Of a stretch of DNA of 64,000 bases, positions 9,644-19,441 are shown piece by piece. Each line of letters starts with the position of its first letter. Position 1 is the stretch's first letter. Origin of the DNA: Candidatus Latescibacterota bacterium (GTDB taxonomy: Bacteria > Latescibacterota > UBA2968); contig OZ242320.1 in the NCBI GenBank assembly GCA_965208125.1, positions 1,280,001-1,344,000 on the forward strand, written 5' to 3'. The position numbers were made by a program, and so were the translations under genes. The notes below the pieces were generated by a model. The model was given only the letters and a program-made list of their open reading frames with translations. It made no database searches and was not told where the DNA came from.

Positions 9644-10597
9644 TCACCGCCTCTGCTCCTCATGAAAAAGAAACGAAAGCAACGTAAACCGACGTCCCCG
9701 GGTCACCGGCTGGACCTCGTGGAGAAAAGAACTGGAAAACGCGATCGCATCGCCTGCTGGCGGGCGATAGCGGTGGGGACCAAACTCGGGAAAAACCAGA
9801 TAACCACCTGTGTAATCGTCATTGAGATTGAGCGTAAGCGCAAAGCGGCGATGGGCAGTTGAAGGACTGAGATTATCGCGATGAGCGCGAAAAAAACCGC
9901 CACTCTCTGCGTCATAACACGCGATTTTGAAACCCTCAAACCGCGTCGCCCGGTAGTGGAAAGCGCGTTGTACCTCGGGCATAACCCGCCGCCCCACCGT
10001 AGAAGTAAGCAACCGCAAAAGTCGGGCATCGGTAACCTCGTGGTCTCGCCGCTTCTTGTTCTGATAGTCAATAACATCGCGCCGCACGCCAGATTGGGAA
10101 CTTTCAACGCCAGTTTCTATATTGCCCTTTGTCGCCCATACATTGATAAGCGCCTGGCAGATATCCGGAGTCAGAACATTGGGAATAAGCAGAACCGGAG
10201 CCTGGACAGTGACATCAATCGCCTGGTGAGAAGGCAAGCTCTCAAACGCGCGATAAATCTGATCAAACGCATTCGGATCCTCAATCCCCGACAGAACCCG
10301 CAGATTGGCATCCAGCGCGAACGCGGCAAAATCTCCCTCGAGACCATAAGCTTTGCCAACCGCGTTTTCACTGTCGATAAACACTGTAACACTCGCCTTT
10401 GCGAGCTCCGACGGACCAACAACAAAAACATCTACCTCTTCCGAAACTTCCAAACCTTCTAAAACCTGCTCTTCCCCCGTAAAAATCAAAAGTGTCGGGC
10501 GACCACCTGCGCGAGAATAAAAGCGTGTGTGAGGACCGTCTATTGTCGGAAGAACAAAATCGGAAGCGCGTTCACCCCGGTTGAGAATACTCATCAT
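9644..10597 (-). CDS. Fe(II)/2OG oxygenase with N-terminal redoxin-like domain
   Basis: N-terminal GERASDFVLP...VGKAYG...LDANLRV (AhpC/TSA-like, no Cys). C-terminal FRAHRDN, LNLNDDY.GG.L.FPE, LHEV.PVT.G.R. Start uncertain (10594/10597/10618). Confidence 0.8.
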   Translation of the reverse strand: MMSILNRGERASDFVLPTIDGPHTRFYSRAGGRPTLLIFTGEEQVLEGLEVSEEVDVFVVGPSELAKASVTVFIDSENAVGKAYGLEGDFAAFALDANLRVLSGIEDPNAFDQIYRAFESLPSHQAIDVTVQAPVLLIPNVLTPDICQALINVWATKGNIETGVESSQSGVRRDVIDYQNKKRRDHEVTDARLLRLLTSTVGRRVMPEVQRAFHYRATRFEGFKIACYDAESGGFFRAHRDNLSPSTAHRRFALTLNLNDDYTGGYLVFPEFGPHRYRPPAGDAIAFSSSFLHEVQPVTRGRRFTLLSFLFHEEQRR

Positions 10598-10616
10598 GAG
10601 CCTCTTAGCGTTTAAC

Positions 10617-12536
10617 ATGAACCATCATTCACATTGCATTTATCTATTTCTCTTCTTTCTCGGATGCCTTGCCCCCGATTCCGGTCAGAACACACCTGCT
10701 CAATCCACATCCAGCACTCAAAAACACGCACCTCAGACCCGTGCCCCCCTCAAAATTGATCCCGTCATACTCCAGAACCGCACCTTTAACGAAGCCCCCA
10801 TGTTCTCGGAACAGGTCAAACATGGCAAACTCCCACCCGTCTCTGAGCGACTGCCCGAAAATCCCCTCGTCATCGTACCCATCGAAGAAATCGGCACCTA
10901 CGGCGGCACGCTGAGACGCGCCCTCACCGGCGACATCGTACAAACCCCGGGACCCAACAAAACCCTCAACGAAAACCTCATGGGCTATGAACGCCCCTTT
11001 CCAAACAGCATCCAACACAACCTATCTGAGCACTTTACTTATGAGGACAGTGGCAAAGTCGCAATTTTCAAAATCCGCAAAGGCGTCAAATGGTCCGACG
11101 GCCACCCATTCACCGTTGACGACATCCTCTTCTGGTATTACGACATGACCTTTGATGACGACGCCCGTCAAAATCCCTTTCCGCCAGCGGGATGGATGGT
11201 AGATGGCAAACCCATGCAGTTCAAAAAAATTGATCCACACACCCTTGAAATCTCATCGCCCAAACCTCTGGGTCGCGTACTTCACGAACTCAGCCGCGCT
11301 CTAATCGCCGCGCCAAAACACATCCTGTCCCCCCTGCACCCCAAATACAATTCCAAAACCGATTACAACGCCTTTCGCGAAGCCACGACCAGCGCGCAAT
11401 TGCTCATGCAGCCCGGCATCCCTCGCATCTCTGCCTGGATCCCCGTCGAATGGATTAGAGGTCAGCGCATTGTCTATGAGCGCAACCCCTACTACTGGAA
11501 AATAGATACAGCGGGCAATCAGCTTCCCTATGCCGACCGCATCATCTTCAACATCATCCAGGACCCCCAGGTAATCCTGCTAAAATTCATCAACGGCGAA
11601 CTCGACTTAATCGGGCGTTATACCCGCATCGACATGTTCCCCACCCTCAAGGTAAAAGAGAAAAACGGGAAATTCAATCTCCGAATCACCGGACCCAACA
11701 GAGGCCCTGCCTACCACCTCAACTGGGACGCACCCAACCCCGCCTTGCGAGAAGCTTTTCGCAACAAAAACGTCCGCATCGCACTCTCACACGCTATAAA
11801 CCGCGAAGAAATTGACGAAATAGTCTTCCACGGCCTCCTCGACCCCTCGGGCTATTCCTTCGGGCCTATAAGCCCCTATTTTTCTCCAAAAGCCTATAAA
11901 AAATACGCCGAATACGACCCCGACAAAGCCAGACGTCTCCTCGACAGCGAAGGCTATATCGACACCGATGGCGATGGCATCCGCGAACTTCGGGATGGCT
12001 CGCGCTTTGAACTCACCATCGACTTCGTACATCCCGGCGGCATGTTCAACGGCCAACCCGTCTCCGAACTGGTTGCCGACCACTGGCGAACTGTGGGGAT
12101 CAAAGTCAACCTCAACGGCGGCCTGCGCGACATCATTGTCCCTCGCCGCTACAACTGCGAATACGATGTTCACTACTGGGGCCTCGAAGGACCTAACGCC
12201 CCCTTAACATATCCCATTGGCTGGGCTATCCTGGCTAAAAACGTACCCTACTGGCATCAGAAAGCCTGGGACGAAGGTCCCCCCTGGCTGCGCGAAGCCA
12301 CCAGATACGTCCGATTGGCGATGACCACCGTCGATACTGCAAAACTCCGCACATACATGACCCGCGTGCGCGACCTCCACACGGAAAACGTCCCCATCAT
12401 CACCATCGGTTCTGCGTACCACGTTTGGGGTGCCAGCAGTCGCCTGGGCAATATCCCTTATGAAAACGTGGCCGACAACGCCTTTCTGGGCTGGAGTCGG
12501 CCGGTATTTCACGAGCAGATATTTGTGAAAAAATAG
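10617..12536 (+). CDS. ABC transporter substrate-binding protein, family 5 (probable lipoprotein)
   Basis: EAPM....V..G.LPPV.ERLP.NP, IG.YGGTL, IRKGVKWSDG.PFT.DD, RNPYYWK.D..GNQLPY.D, R.ALS.AINR. Lipobox-like FLGC. Confidence 0.9.
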   Translation: MNHHSHCIYLFLFFLGCLAPDSGQNTPAQSTSSTQKHAPQTRAPLKIDPVILQNRTFNEAPMFSEQVKHGKLPPVSERLPENPLVIVPIEEIGTYGGTLRRALTGDIVQTPGPNKTLNENLMGYERPFPNSIQHNLSEHFTYEDSGKVAIFKIRKGVKWSDGHPFTVDDILFWYYDMTFDDDARQNPFPPAGWMVDGKPMQFKKIDPHTLEISSPKPLGRVLHELSRALIAAPKHILSPLHPKYNSKTDYNAFREATTSAQLLMQPGIPRISAWIPVEWIRGQRIVYERNPYYWKIDTAGNQLPYADRIIFNIIQDPQVILLKFINGELDLIGRYTRIDMFPTLKVKEKNGKFNLRITGPNRGPAYHLNWDAPNPALREAFRNKNVRIALSHAINREEIDEIVFHGLLDPSGYSFGPISPYFSPKAYKKYAEYDPDKARRLLDSEGYIDTDGDGIRELRDGSRFELTIDFVHPGGMFNGQPVSELVADHWRTVGIKVNLNGGLRDIIVPRRYNCEYDVHYWGLEGPNAPLTYPIGWAILAKNVPYWHQKAWDEGPPWLREATRYVRLAMTTVDTAKLRTYMTRVRDLHTENVPIITIGSAYHVWGASSRLGNIPYENVADNAFLGWSRPVFHEQIFVKK

Positions 12537-13373
12537 CTATTTTAAAAAAGACCTCAGAAAATTCGCAGACCGGATCGCGGCTTCATCGGGTGGCAGGTCC
12601 CCACCAAAGGCGTGATGCAGCGTTACATAACCGCGGTAATTGATGCTGTGCAACCCATCAAAAACTTTCTGAAAATCTATACCGCCAGATTCATCGAGTG
12701 GTCGCAAAGTGGAATAAACCGTACCGCGCACATAGGTGGTCATAGGCATATCGCCATTGGGGTCTGGAACGTGATTTTGCAAATAAACGTTAAAAAGATA
12801 CGGTGCAAAACGTTTGAGGGTATCGGAACCGTAGTCTTCCCCACACAGAGCCAAATTAGCAGGCTCGTAAATAATCCCAAAATTAGGTCGGCCAATACTC
12901 TGAAGCGTCTCAATCGACCCCGCAACAGTTTCAAAAAGGCTCTGAGTATGCGATTGATGTGCCAGACGTATATCTCGCTCGGCTGCCTCATCGGCTGCGC
13001 GCTGGGCGTGCGCGATATCTGCATCGGTCTTGATACAGACGCGCAGTAAATCGCAGCCAAGCGCGTCTGCCAGATCGAGGTGCGGGGTAATATTGCGCAA
13101 GCTCTCCGGTCCATTGGTGCCATTCTCGGGTATTGCAAAATCGCCGGTTGCCATTGAAACCGCGAGATTGTGTCTCTTCAAAATATGTTGCACTTCAACA
13201 ATGCGTTCGGGCGGACTGTGCGTACCCACGCCCGATGCGCGCATGCAAAGTGCTTTATAACCTGCGCTTTGGGCAATCTCCGCGAGTTCGGGCAGGGCAA
13301 TTGCCAAATCGCGTTTATTGCGAAAGCTTTCCGCCACGCGGACTGAGAGAGAAAGTTGCATCGCAGTCTCCAT
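12537..13373 (-). CDS. Sugar phosphate isomerase/epimerase (xylose-isomerase-like TIM barrel)
   Basis: A...GY..L..R, A..LG..LLRV, R.NFG..YEPANL, G.IDF..VF..L....Y.GYVT. Start may be 13361. Confidence 0.8.
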   Translation of the reverse strand: METAMQLSLSVRVAESFRNKRDLAIALPELAEIAQSAGYKALCMRASGVGTHSPPERIVEVQHILKRHNLAVSMATGDFAIPENGTNGPESLRNITPHLDLADALGCDLLRVCIKTDADIAHAQRAADEAAERDIRLAHQSHTQSLFETVAGSIETLQSIGRPNFGIIYEPANLALCGEDYGSDTLKRFAPYLFNVYLQNHVPDPNGDMPMTTYVRGTVYSTLRPLDESGGIDFQKVFDGLHSINYRGYVTLHHAFGGDLPPDEAAIRSANFLRSFLK

Positions 13374-13551
13374 TGGAAGTGTGAAGGATGAAGTGTGAAG
13401 TAGGAAATTGGATGAGGCATCAGCTTTAGGGTGGTGAGGCGGGGCCTTCTAACTTCTCCTGGTGAAAATTTCAACTTGCATCAGATTGGTTTTTAACTAT
13501 TCTTACCCTTATCACATATTTTTCCTTGCCACTGCGATGGAAGGTGATGTC

Positions 13552-14208
13552 ATGATTGAAATGCGGGTTGTAGATTTACGTCAAGAGCATTCAGAACAGA
13601 ACGTGGTGTGGCTGCAAAGTGTTGAGGGCAGTGTAATGGTGCCCATTGAAATTGGTCATATCGAATATCGGTCTATTCGTTCAGAACTCGAAGGTAAATC
13701 CATGCCGCGACCTCTTGCCTATGATTTGATGTGTACAATGTTGGCACATTTTGATGCCGAAGTTGAGCAGGTGCAGATTGTCGAATTGAAAGATCACATC
13801 TTCTACGCCGAACTCATCCTCTTTGCCCGGGGTGAACAAGTGCGTTTAGACGCCCGCCCCAGTGATAGTATCGTGCTGGCACTCAAATTTGGCGCACCCA
13901 TCTATATGGATGCCAAAATTATTCAACAAGTGGGATTCAAAGTCCGCCGCACCGAATATGGTTATGAACTTGAGCAATTGAATCCACCCCGGGAACAAGA
14001 CGTTCTTGAAGAACCTGTTTTGGACATCGCGCAGGCAGCCGAGCAGCCACTGGAAGGTGTTGATTTGCAGGGACAAGATATCGATCCAGATGAACTGCTG
14101 AAAATTTTGAAAGAGCAGATGAATAAAGCGGTTCAAGAAGAGCGGTACGAAGATGCGGGAATAATTCGAGATGAAATTGAGCGGATAGAAGAAAAAAGTG
14201 AGAAGTAA
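13552..14208 (+). CDS. Bifunctional nuclease (DUF151) with C-terminal UVR domain
   Basis: PIEIG..E..SI......PRPL.YDL, IFYA.L, DARPSDSI.LAL..G.PIY. C-terminal A...ERYE.A..IRDEI. RBS GGAAGGTGA. Confidence 0.9.
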   Translation: MIEMRVVDLRQEHSEQNVVWLQSVEGSVMVPIEIGHIEYRSIRSELEGKSMPRPLAYDLMCTMLAHFDAEVEQVQIVELKDHIFYAELILFARGEQVRLDARPSDSIVLALKFGAPIYMDAKIIQQVGFKVRRTEYGYELEQLNPPREQDVLEEPVLDIAQAAEQPLEGVDLQGQDIDPDELLKILKEQMNKAVQEERYEDAGIIRDEIERIEEKSEK

Positions 14209-14216
14209 GATTTCTC

Positions 14217-14244
14217 GTAGGGGCGACCCCTTGTGGTCGCCCGC
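14217..14244 (+). repeat. GTAG-type REP element (class A)
   Basis: GTAG-GGGCGACC-ccttgt-GGTCGCCC, near-identical to copies at 47408 and 57911. Confidence 0.8.
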
Positions 14245-14281
14245 GCTCGGGTAGGGTGTCCCTCTCACCTCTCACAGCCTT

Positions 14282-15046
14282 TTAAACAGGTATCAACACA
14301 GTGCTGTGCGCCTCGACATGACCGATATTCTCGTCGATTTCGCTGCGATTCATCATGCCAACAGTAATGGCGTCAATCGCTGGAATATCGAGAACGTAGT
14401 GGATGGCATCGCGTGCGGGCAGGTCGCCGCGGCCCACGACTTTCATCCCATAAACACCGATATCATTGGCATCCATTTCTTCCAGAATGGGAACGACGCG
14501 TTCGGGCGGACCATCCATATTTTTCCCTGCGTAATTGATACGCGCCAAAACAACATCGACCCATGGGGTAATAGCTGCACGCTGGAAGGCATCGATATCG
14601 TGACAGGAAACACCATGTGCGCGAATGATGCCTTTTTGCTTTTTATCGGCCAGGACATCCATAACCCCGCGATAGGAACTGGGCCAGTCTTCATCTGTCA
14701 GACAGTGCATGAGAACGATATCGATATAATCCGTATCTAACTCGCTCAAAATGCGATCCATATCGCGCTCTGCCTCATAGGCTGTTGTCGCGCGAATTTT
14801 GGATGTAATAACAACCCGATCGCGATCGATATGCGCCAATGCGCCCGCGAGATGGGCATGACTGCCGTATTGATCGGCACTATCCCAAAATGTGATGCCT
14901 CGCTCAAAGCCATAGATGAGCAAATCAACAAGTTCGCTCGTCCCCAGATCCGTCTGATTGGAACGCCCGCCCCAGCCATTGGTACCAGTACCAAAACTGA
15001 GTTGCGAGACCAATATACCAGTCGTGCCGAGTTCGACAGTTTTCAC
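14282..15046 (-). CDS. Aldo/keto reductase
   Basis: LG.TG..VS.L.FGT, GITFWDSADQYG, ITSK, L.TDYIDIVLMH, KG.IRA.GVS.H. RBS AAGGAG before GTG 15046. Confidence 0.9.
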   Translation of the reverse strand: MKTVELGTTGILVSQLSFGTGTNGWGGRSNQTDLGTSELVDLLIYGFERGITFWDSADQYGSHAHLAGALAHIDRDRVVITSKIRATTAYEAERDMDRILSELDTDYIDIVLMHCLTDEDWPSSYRGVMDVLADKKQKGIIRAHGVSCHDIDAFQRAAITPWVDVVLARINYAGKNMDGPPERVVPILEEMDANDIGVYGMKVVGRGDLPARDAIHYVLDIPAIDAITVGMMNRSEIDENIGHVEAHSTVLIPV

Positions 15047-15165
15047 GGTAAACTCCTTTCCCGTCTTCAGTATTTTTTCCTGCAATTTTTAGTATATTAA
15101 AGCACAGTCTTGCATCCGTCAACGGATTTTGGTCCCCTCTCCTCTGAGGAAGGAATATTACCGCC

Positions 15166-16206
15166 ATGAGACTCGGGCTAATTGGATTGCCGCAGGTCGG
15201 AAAAAAAACGCTATTCCGTTTGCTAACCGGGCACACAGGTGAAATGGGTCAGGCAAAGGTAAGAGATGTGCGGTTTGATCGGCTCGTGGAAATGTATAAA
15301 CCCGCACGCGAAGTACCTGCAGAAATAGCATTTGTACTATTGCCCGACCTGGACATACAGGCCGATCGCAACATACCTGTTTTCCAGGATCTCGCGCGGG
15401 TAGATGTAATCTGCTTCCTCGCCCGGGTATTTGAAAACGACACCGTATTTCACATTGCTGGCGATATAAATCCCAAACGCGACATACGGTCTTTTTGGGA
15501 AGAACTATTGCTCGCCGACCTGATCTTTGTAGAAAAGCGACTGGAGCGAATAGCACAAGACCGGCACACAAAAGACAGACTGCGAATAGAGCAAGAAAAG
15601 AACTTAATGACGCGCATGCAGGCGCATCTGGAAGCCGGAAACCCCCTGCGTCAATTTCCACTGACCTCAGACGAAGTAAAACTGACATCCAGCTATCCCT
15701 TCTTAACCACCAAAGCAGTGCTCGTAGTGCTGAACACAGGCGAAGACCAAATCGGCGAAGACGGAATCATAGATGAAATAGCCGCTGATTTTGCCGACTG
15801 TGATTTTGAATGGATCGCAATATCCGCACAAATCGAAGAAGAAATCTCGCTACTTGACGACGAAACACGCGAGGAATTTCTAGCCGACCTCGGCATTGAA
15901 CAGCCCGCGCTGGACCGGCTCACCTTATTGTGTTATGAAACCCTGGGATTGATTTCATTCTTCACAGTAGTCAATGACGAAGTACACGCCTGGACGATTC
16001 CGAGAGGTTCCCTGGCACCGCAGGCGGGAGGCGCAGTTCACGGAGACATCGAGCGGGGATTCATCCGGGCTGAAGTCATGCGCTACGAAGACTTAATCGC
16101 ATTGGGAGAAGAGCAAAAAGTAAAAGCAGCGGGCAAGCTCATGGTCAAAGGAAAAGACGCAGAGATCTTTGATGGCGATGTGATACACTTCTTGTTTAAG
16201 GTTTGA
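15166..16206 (+). CDS. ychF: YchF/Ola1-like ATPase (DUF933), atypical G-motifs
   Basis: GLPQVGKKTLF..LT, D.RFD.L, ELLLADL, LGLISFFT, AWTI..G..APQA.G..H.D.ERGFIRAEV, GKD....DGDV..F.F.V. Confidence 0.8.
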   Translation: MRLGLIGLPQVGKKTLFRLLTGHTGEMGQAKVRDVRFDRLVEMYKPAREVPAEIAFVLLPDLDIQADRNIPVFQDLARVDVICFLARVFENDTVFHIAGDINPKRDIRSFWEELLLADLIFVEKRLERIAQDRHTKDRLRIEQEKNLMTRMQAHLEAGNPLRQFPLTSDEVKLTSSYPFLTTKAVLVVLNTGEDQIGEDGIIDEIAADFADCDFEWIAISAQIEEEISLLDDETREEFLADLGIEQPALDRLTLLCYETLGLISFFTVVNDEVHAWTIPRGSLAPQAGGAVHGDIERGFIRAEVMRYEDLIALGEEQKVKAAGKLMVKGKDAEIFDGDVIHFLFKV

Positions 16207-16307
16207 GATCAATCCTTTATCCGTTATTTTTCTTTACATATAGACCCTTTTTGCATATTATTTCACGCTCTACAAAGATCTGTTTCACCCCAACAGGAGA
16301 TTGCATT

Positions 16308-16592
16308 ATGGCCGCCAAAATCTCGGAAATATTCACCGAATACGAAGAAGCGAACAAAGGCCTGGAACCCACTGGCAGTAAGTTTGATACCGAACAAGAA
16401 ATCCCGGTAGAAAAATATTGCTGCATCACGGGTGAAGCGGTAAAATCGAGCTTTTGCCGTTATCCCGACCTAAAAGAAGACACCATGATGGTCATGTCAA
16501 AAGAGCAGATGCTATTGCACTCCCGCAATGGTGGCAATATTTCAAAAATATTTAAACAAGTACTGGCACTTCGCAGAAAACGGGAACAGTAG
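16308..16592 (+). CDS. Hypothetical protein (94 aa)
   Basis: RBS CAGGAG before ATG, protein-like composition, co-oriented with its neighbours. No family recognised. Confidence 0.6.
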   Translation: MAAKISEIFTEYEEANKGLEPTGSKFDTEQEIPVEKYCCITGEAVKSSFCRYPDLKEDTMMVMSKEQMLLHSRNGGNISKIFKQVLALRRKREQ

Positions 16593-16634
16593 GCGACGCC
16601 CCATCGCGATTTCCAACCCTCACCCCTTTCGAGA

Positions 16635-17519
16635 ATGCGCGTGAAAGACGGCGTTTTGAAATACGGATTTGTGGGTCCGGCACTGATCTTTCTGATCGCG
16701 TTCAACATCTTTCCCCTCTTCTACAACATCTACCTCAGCTTTACCGATGCCGAACTCAGTGGTGGTATTGCACAGCTCATAGGCGGGCGCAACTACGGCA
16801 TCATCTTTGACGACACGCGCTATAGCACGGCCCTTCGCACCACCGGACTATTCGTGGTCCTGGCAGTCGCGGTCGAACTCCTTCTCGGCTTTGCCCTTGC
16901 CCTCGCCCTTCAAAAACCCTTCTGGGGCAAACCCGCCATCACCACCATACTCCTGGTACCCATGATGCTATCCCCCGCAGTCATGGGCCTGTACTGGAAC
17001 TTTATCCTCAATGGCCACTACGGCGTCGTCAATCAAGCACTATCCATCTTTGGCCTCTTTCAACCGCAATGGCTAACCGACCCCGACTTGAAACTCTTCT
17101 CCATCCTGATGATCGACATCTGGATGTGGACGCCATTTATGATGCTCATCGCACTCGCAGGTCTCAACGCCATACCCAATCACCTCTACGAAGCCGCGGC
17201 CATTGATCGGGCATCCAGATGGACCGTCTTTCGGCGCATCACCCTTCCCCTGTGCTCACCCCTCCTCTTTCTCGCAGTCCTGCTGCGCACCACAGATGCC
17301 CTCAAACAATTTGACCTCGTCATGGCGGTCACGGGACCCAATGACCGCGCGACCCAAACATTGAGCGCCCTCCTCTATCAAGTCATGTTTCGCGGCTACA
17401 AAATCGGACTGGGCAGTTCTTATAGCATTGTCATACTCCTCATCGTCATCGCGCTCGCAAGTATATTCATCCGATACATCGCTGGTATCCAGGCAAAACA
17501 GGGAAGGGAAACCGCGTGA
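16635..17519 (+). CDS. Carbohydrate ABC transporter permease
   Basis: Hydrophobic helices, DIW.WTPF..LI.LAGL..IP..LYEAA.ID.AS (EAA motif). Confidence 0.92.
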   Translation: MRVKDGVLKYGFVGPALIFLIAFNIFPLFYNIYLSFTDAELSGGIAQLIGGRNYGIIFDDTRYSTALRTTGLFVVLAVAVELLLGFALALALQKPFWGKPAITTILLVPMMLSPAVMGLYWNFILNGHYGVVNQALSIFGLFQPQWLTDPDLKLFSILMIDIWMWTPFMMLIALAGLNAIPNHLYEAAAIDRASRWTVFRRITLPLCSPLLFLAVLLRTTDALKQFDLVMAVTGPNDRATQTLSALLYQVMFRGYKIGLGSSYSIVILLIVIALASIFIRYIAGIQAKQGRETA

Positions 17520-18379
17520 AATATTTGAGATGGCTCGTCATCATCCCGTATTTTTGTCTGGCCACACTCCCCCTGTGCTGGCTATTTCTCACCTCCCTGA
17601 AAACTCAGGAAGCGGCGATCAGTTCCACAGCCTCTCTCATACCATCCACCGCAGAAAACATCGCCCCCGGAGACCTGACCTTTTCGGCCACATTGGACGC
17701 CTATCGCAAACTGGCAACACCACACACGGGTAAAGCACACGCATTTTTTCACTACCTCTTCAACAGCGTCATCATCGGCCTGCTCAGCACCCTGACATCG
17801 GTCGTCCTCGGAACGGGCTGCGCGTATGGATTTAGCCGATTTCGCATCGCAGGTGCGCGGCACTGGCTATTCTTCATCCTCTCGACCCGATTCCTGCCTC
17901 CGCTTGCCGTCGTAGTCCCCGTATTGATGATGTACCGCATCTTTGACCTGCCCAATACACACCTGGGCCTCATCCTCCTCTACACGGCATTTAACCTCTC
18001 GCTCGCGGTCTGGCTAATGAAGGGATTCATAGACGAAATTCCCCGGGCGTATGAAGAAGCCGCACTCGTCGATGGATACAGCCCATTTCAAGCATTTTAC
18101 AAAATCATCTTACCCCACTCTACAACCGGCATGGCAGTAACTGCCGTCTTCTGTCTCATATCCGCCTGGAATGAATACGGTTTCGCGCTCGCACTCAACA
18201 ACGCCGAAGCCGTAACCGTACCCGTGTATTTTGCCGGGCTTCAGGGCAATATCCAGGGCATACCCTGGCCGCAAATTGCCGCAGGTGTTCTCATTTTTGT
18301 CGTCCCAATTGCGGTCTTCACAGTACTCGTCCGCAACCATCTGCTGCGGGGCGTGACATTTGGAACGATTAAACAGTGA
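17516..18379 (+). CDS. Carbohydrate ABC transporter permease
   Basis: NS.II, AYGFSRF, IP...EEAALVDG, AWNEY. GTGA overlap with the upstream stop. Confidence 0.92.
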   Translation: MKYLRWLVIIPYFCLATLPLCWLFLTSLKTQEAAISSTASLIPSTAENIAPGDLTFSATLDAYRKLATPHTGKAHAFFHYLFNSVIIGLLSTLTSVVLGTGCAYGFSRFRIAGARHWLFFILSTRFLPPLAVVVPVLMMYRIFDLPNTHLGLILLYTAFNLSLAVWLMKGFIDEIPRAYEEAALVDGYSPFQAFYKIILPHSTTGMAVTAVFCLISAWNEYGFALALNNAEAVTVPVYFAGLQGNIQGIPWPQIAAGVLIFVVPIAVFTVLVRNHLLRGVTFGTIKQ

Positions 18380-18382
18380 ACC

Positions 18383-19441
18383 ATGCCATTTCTCGAACTT
18401 CAAAATCTTCAAAAAACCTTTCCCGACGGCACGCGGGCAGTCAGAGGTATTGACCTGCGTGTTGACAAAGGGGAATTTATCGTCCTTCTGGGTCCATCTG
18501 GATGTGGAAAAACAACCACATTGCGGATGATCGCAGGGCTGGAAAACCCAACGGGCGGACGGATCACACTCGACAATCAAAACGTCACGCACCTGCCGCC
18601 ATCTCAACGCGACGTGGGATTTGTCTTCCAGTTTTACGCCCTCTACCCGCACATGACCGTCCAAAAAAACATCGCCTTTCCACTTGAGAACATCGGCACA
18701 TCCCCCGCAGATACCGAAGCGGCGATTGATCGCGTTACCTGCGCCCTGGGTATCGAAACATTACGCAATCAATACCCCAGACAACTTTCAGGCGGTGATC
18801 AACAGCGCGTCTCTCTTGCCCGTGCAATGGTACGCACACCGGATATCTATCTCCTGGACGAACCCCTGGGCACACTCGACGCAGAACACCGATTGGAACT
18901 CAGAGCATTTATACGCCGCCAACAACTGGCCCTCTCCATAACCGCCATCTACGTCACACACGACCAGGAAGAAGCCATGAGTCTGGCGGATCGCATTGTC
19001 GTCATGGAAGGCGGCAAAATCAGACAAATCGGATCCCCATCAGAAATCTACAACCATCCCGCGGACCTCTTTGTCGCAAACTTCGTCGGCAGCCCGGGCA
19101 TGAATCTATTAACCGGACAAATAGTGCAACGCGAGGACGGACTGTCCTTTACCCGTCCGGATACAGATATTTACATCCCCATCCACGCGAACATTGCGCC
19201 CGCACAAGTCATCTTCGGCATACGCCCGGAATTTATCCGCCCCGCCAATCGCGGCATACCGGGTAAAGTCATCCTCAGCGAATACCTCGGCAGCCACGGT
19301 TACGTACATGTCAATACGCCAATAGGCGAACTGGTCATGCGTTCAACCGACCGCTTTGCCATCGGAGAAACAATCCACCTGCACCTGAATGAAACGCATA
19401 TTCGCCTATTCGATCCAGACACGGAAACAGCCCTCACATGA
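18383..19441 (+). CDS. Sugar ABC transporter ATP-binding protein (MalK-like)
   Basis: GPSGCGKTT, LSGGDQQR, LLDEP, VTHDQEEA, FVGSPGMN. Confidence 0.93.
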   Translation: MPFLELQNLQKTFPDGTRAVRGIDLRVDKGEFIVLLGPSGCGKTTTLRMIAGLENPTGGRITLDNQNVTHLPPSQRDVGFVFQFYALYPHMTVQKNIAFPLENIGTSPADTEAAIDRVTCALGIETLRNQYPRQLSGGDQQRVSLARAMVRTPDIYLLDEPLGTLDAEHRLELRAFIRRQQLALSITAIYVTHDQEEAMSLADRIVVMEGGKIRQIGSPSEIYNHPADLFVANFVGSPGMNLLTGQIVQREDGLSFTRPDTDIYIPIHANIAPAQVIFGIRPEFIRPANRGIPGKVILSEYLGSHGYVHVNTPIGELVMRSTDRFAIGETIHLHLNETHIRLFDPDTETALT

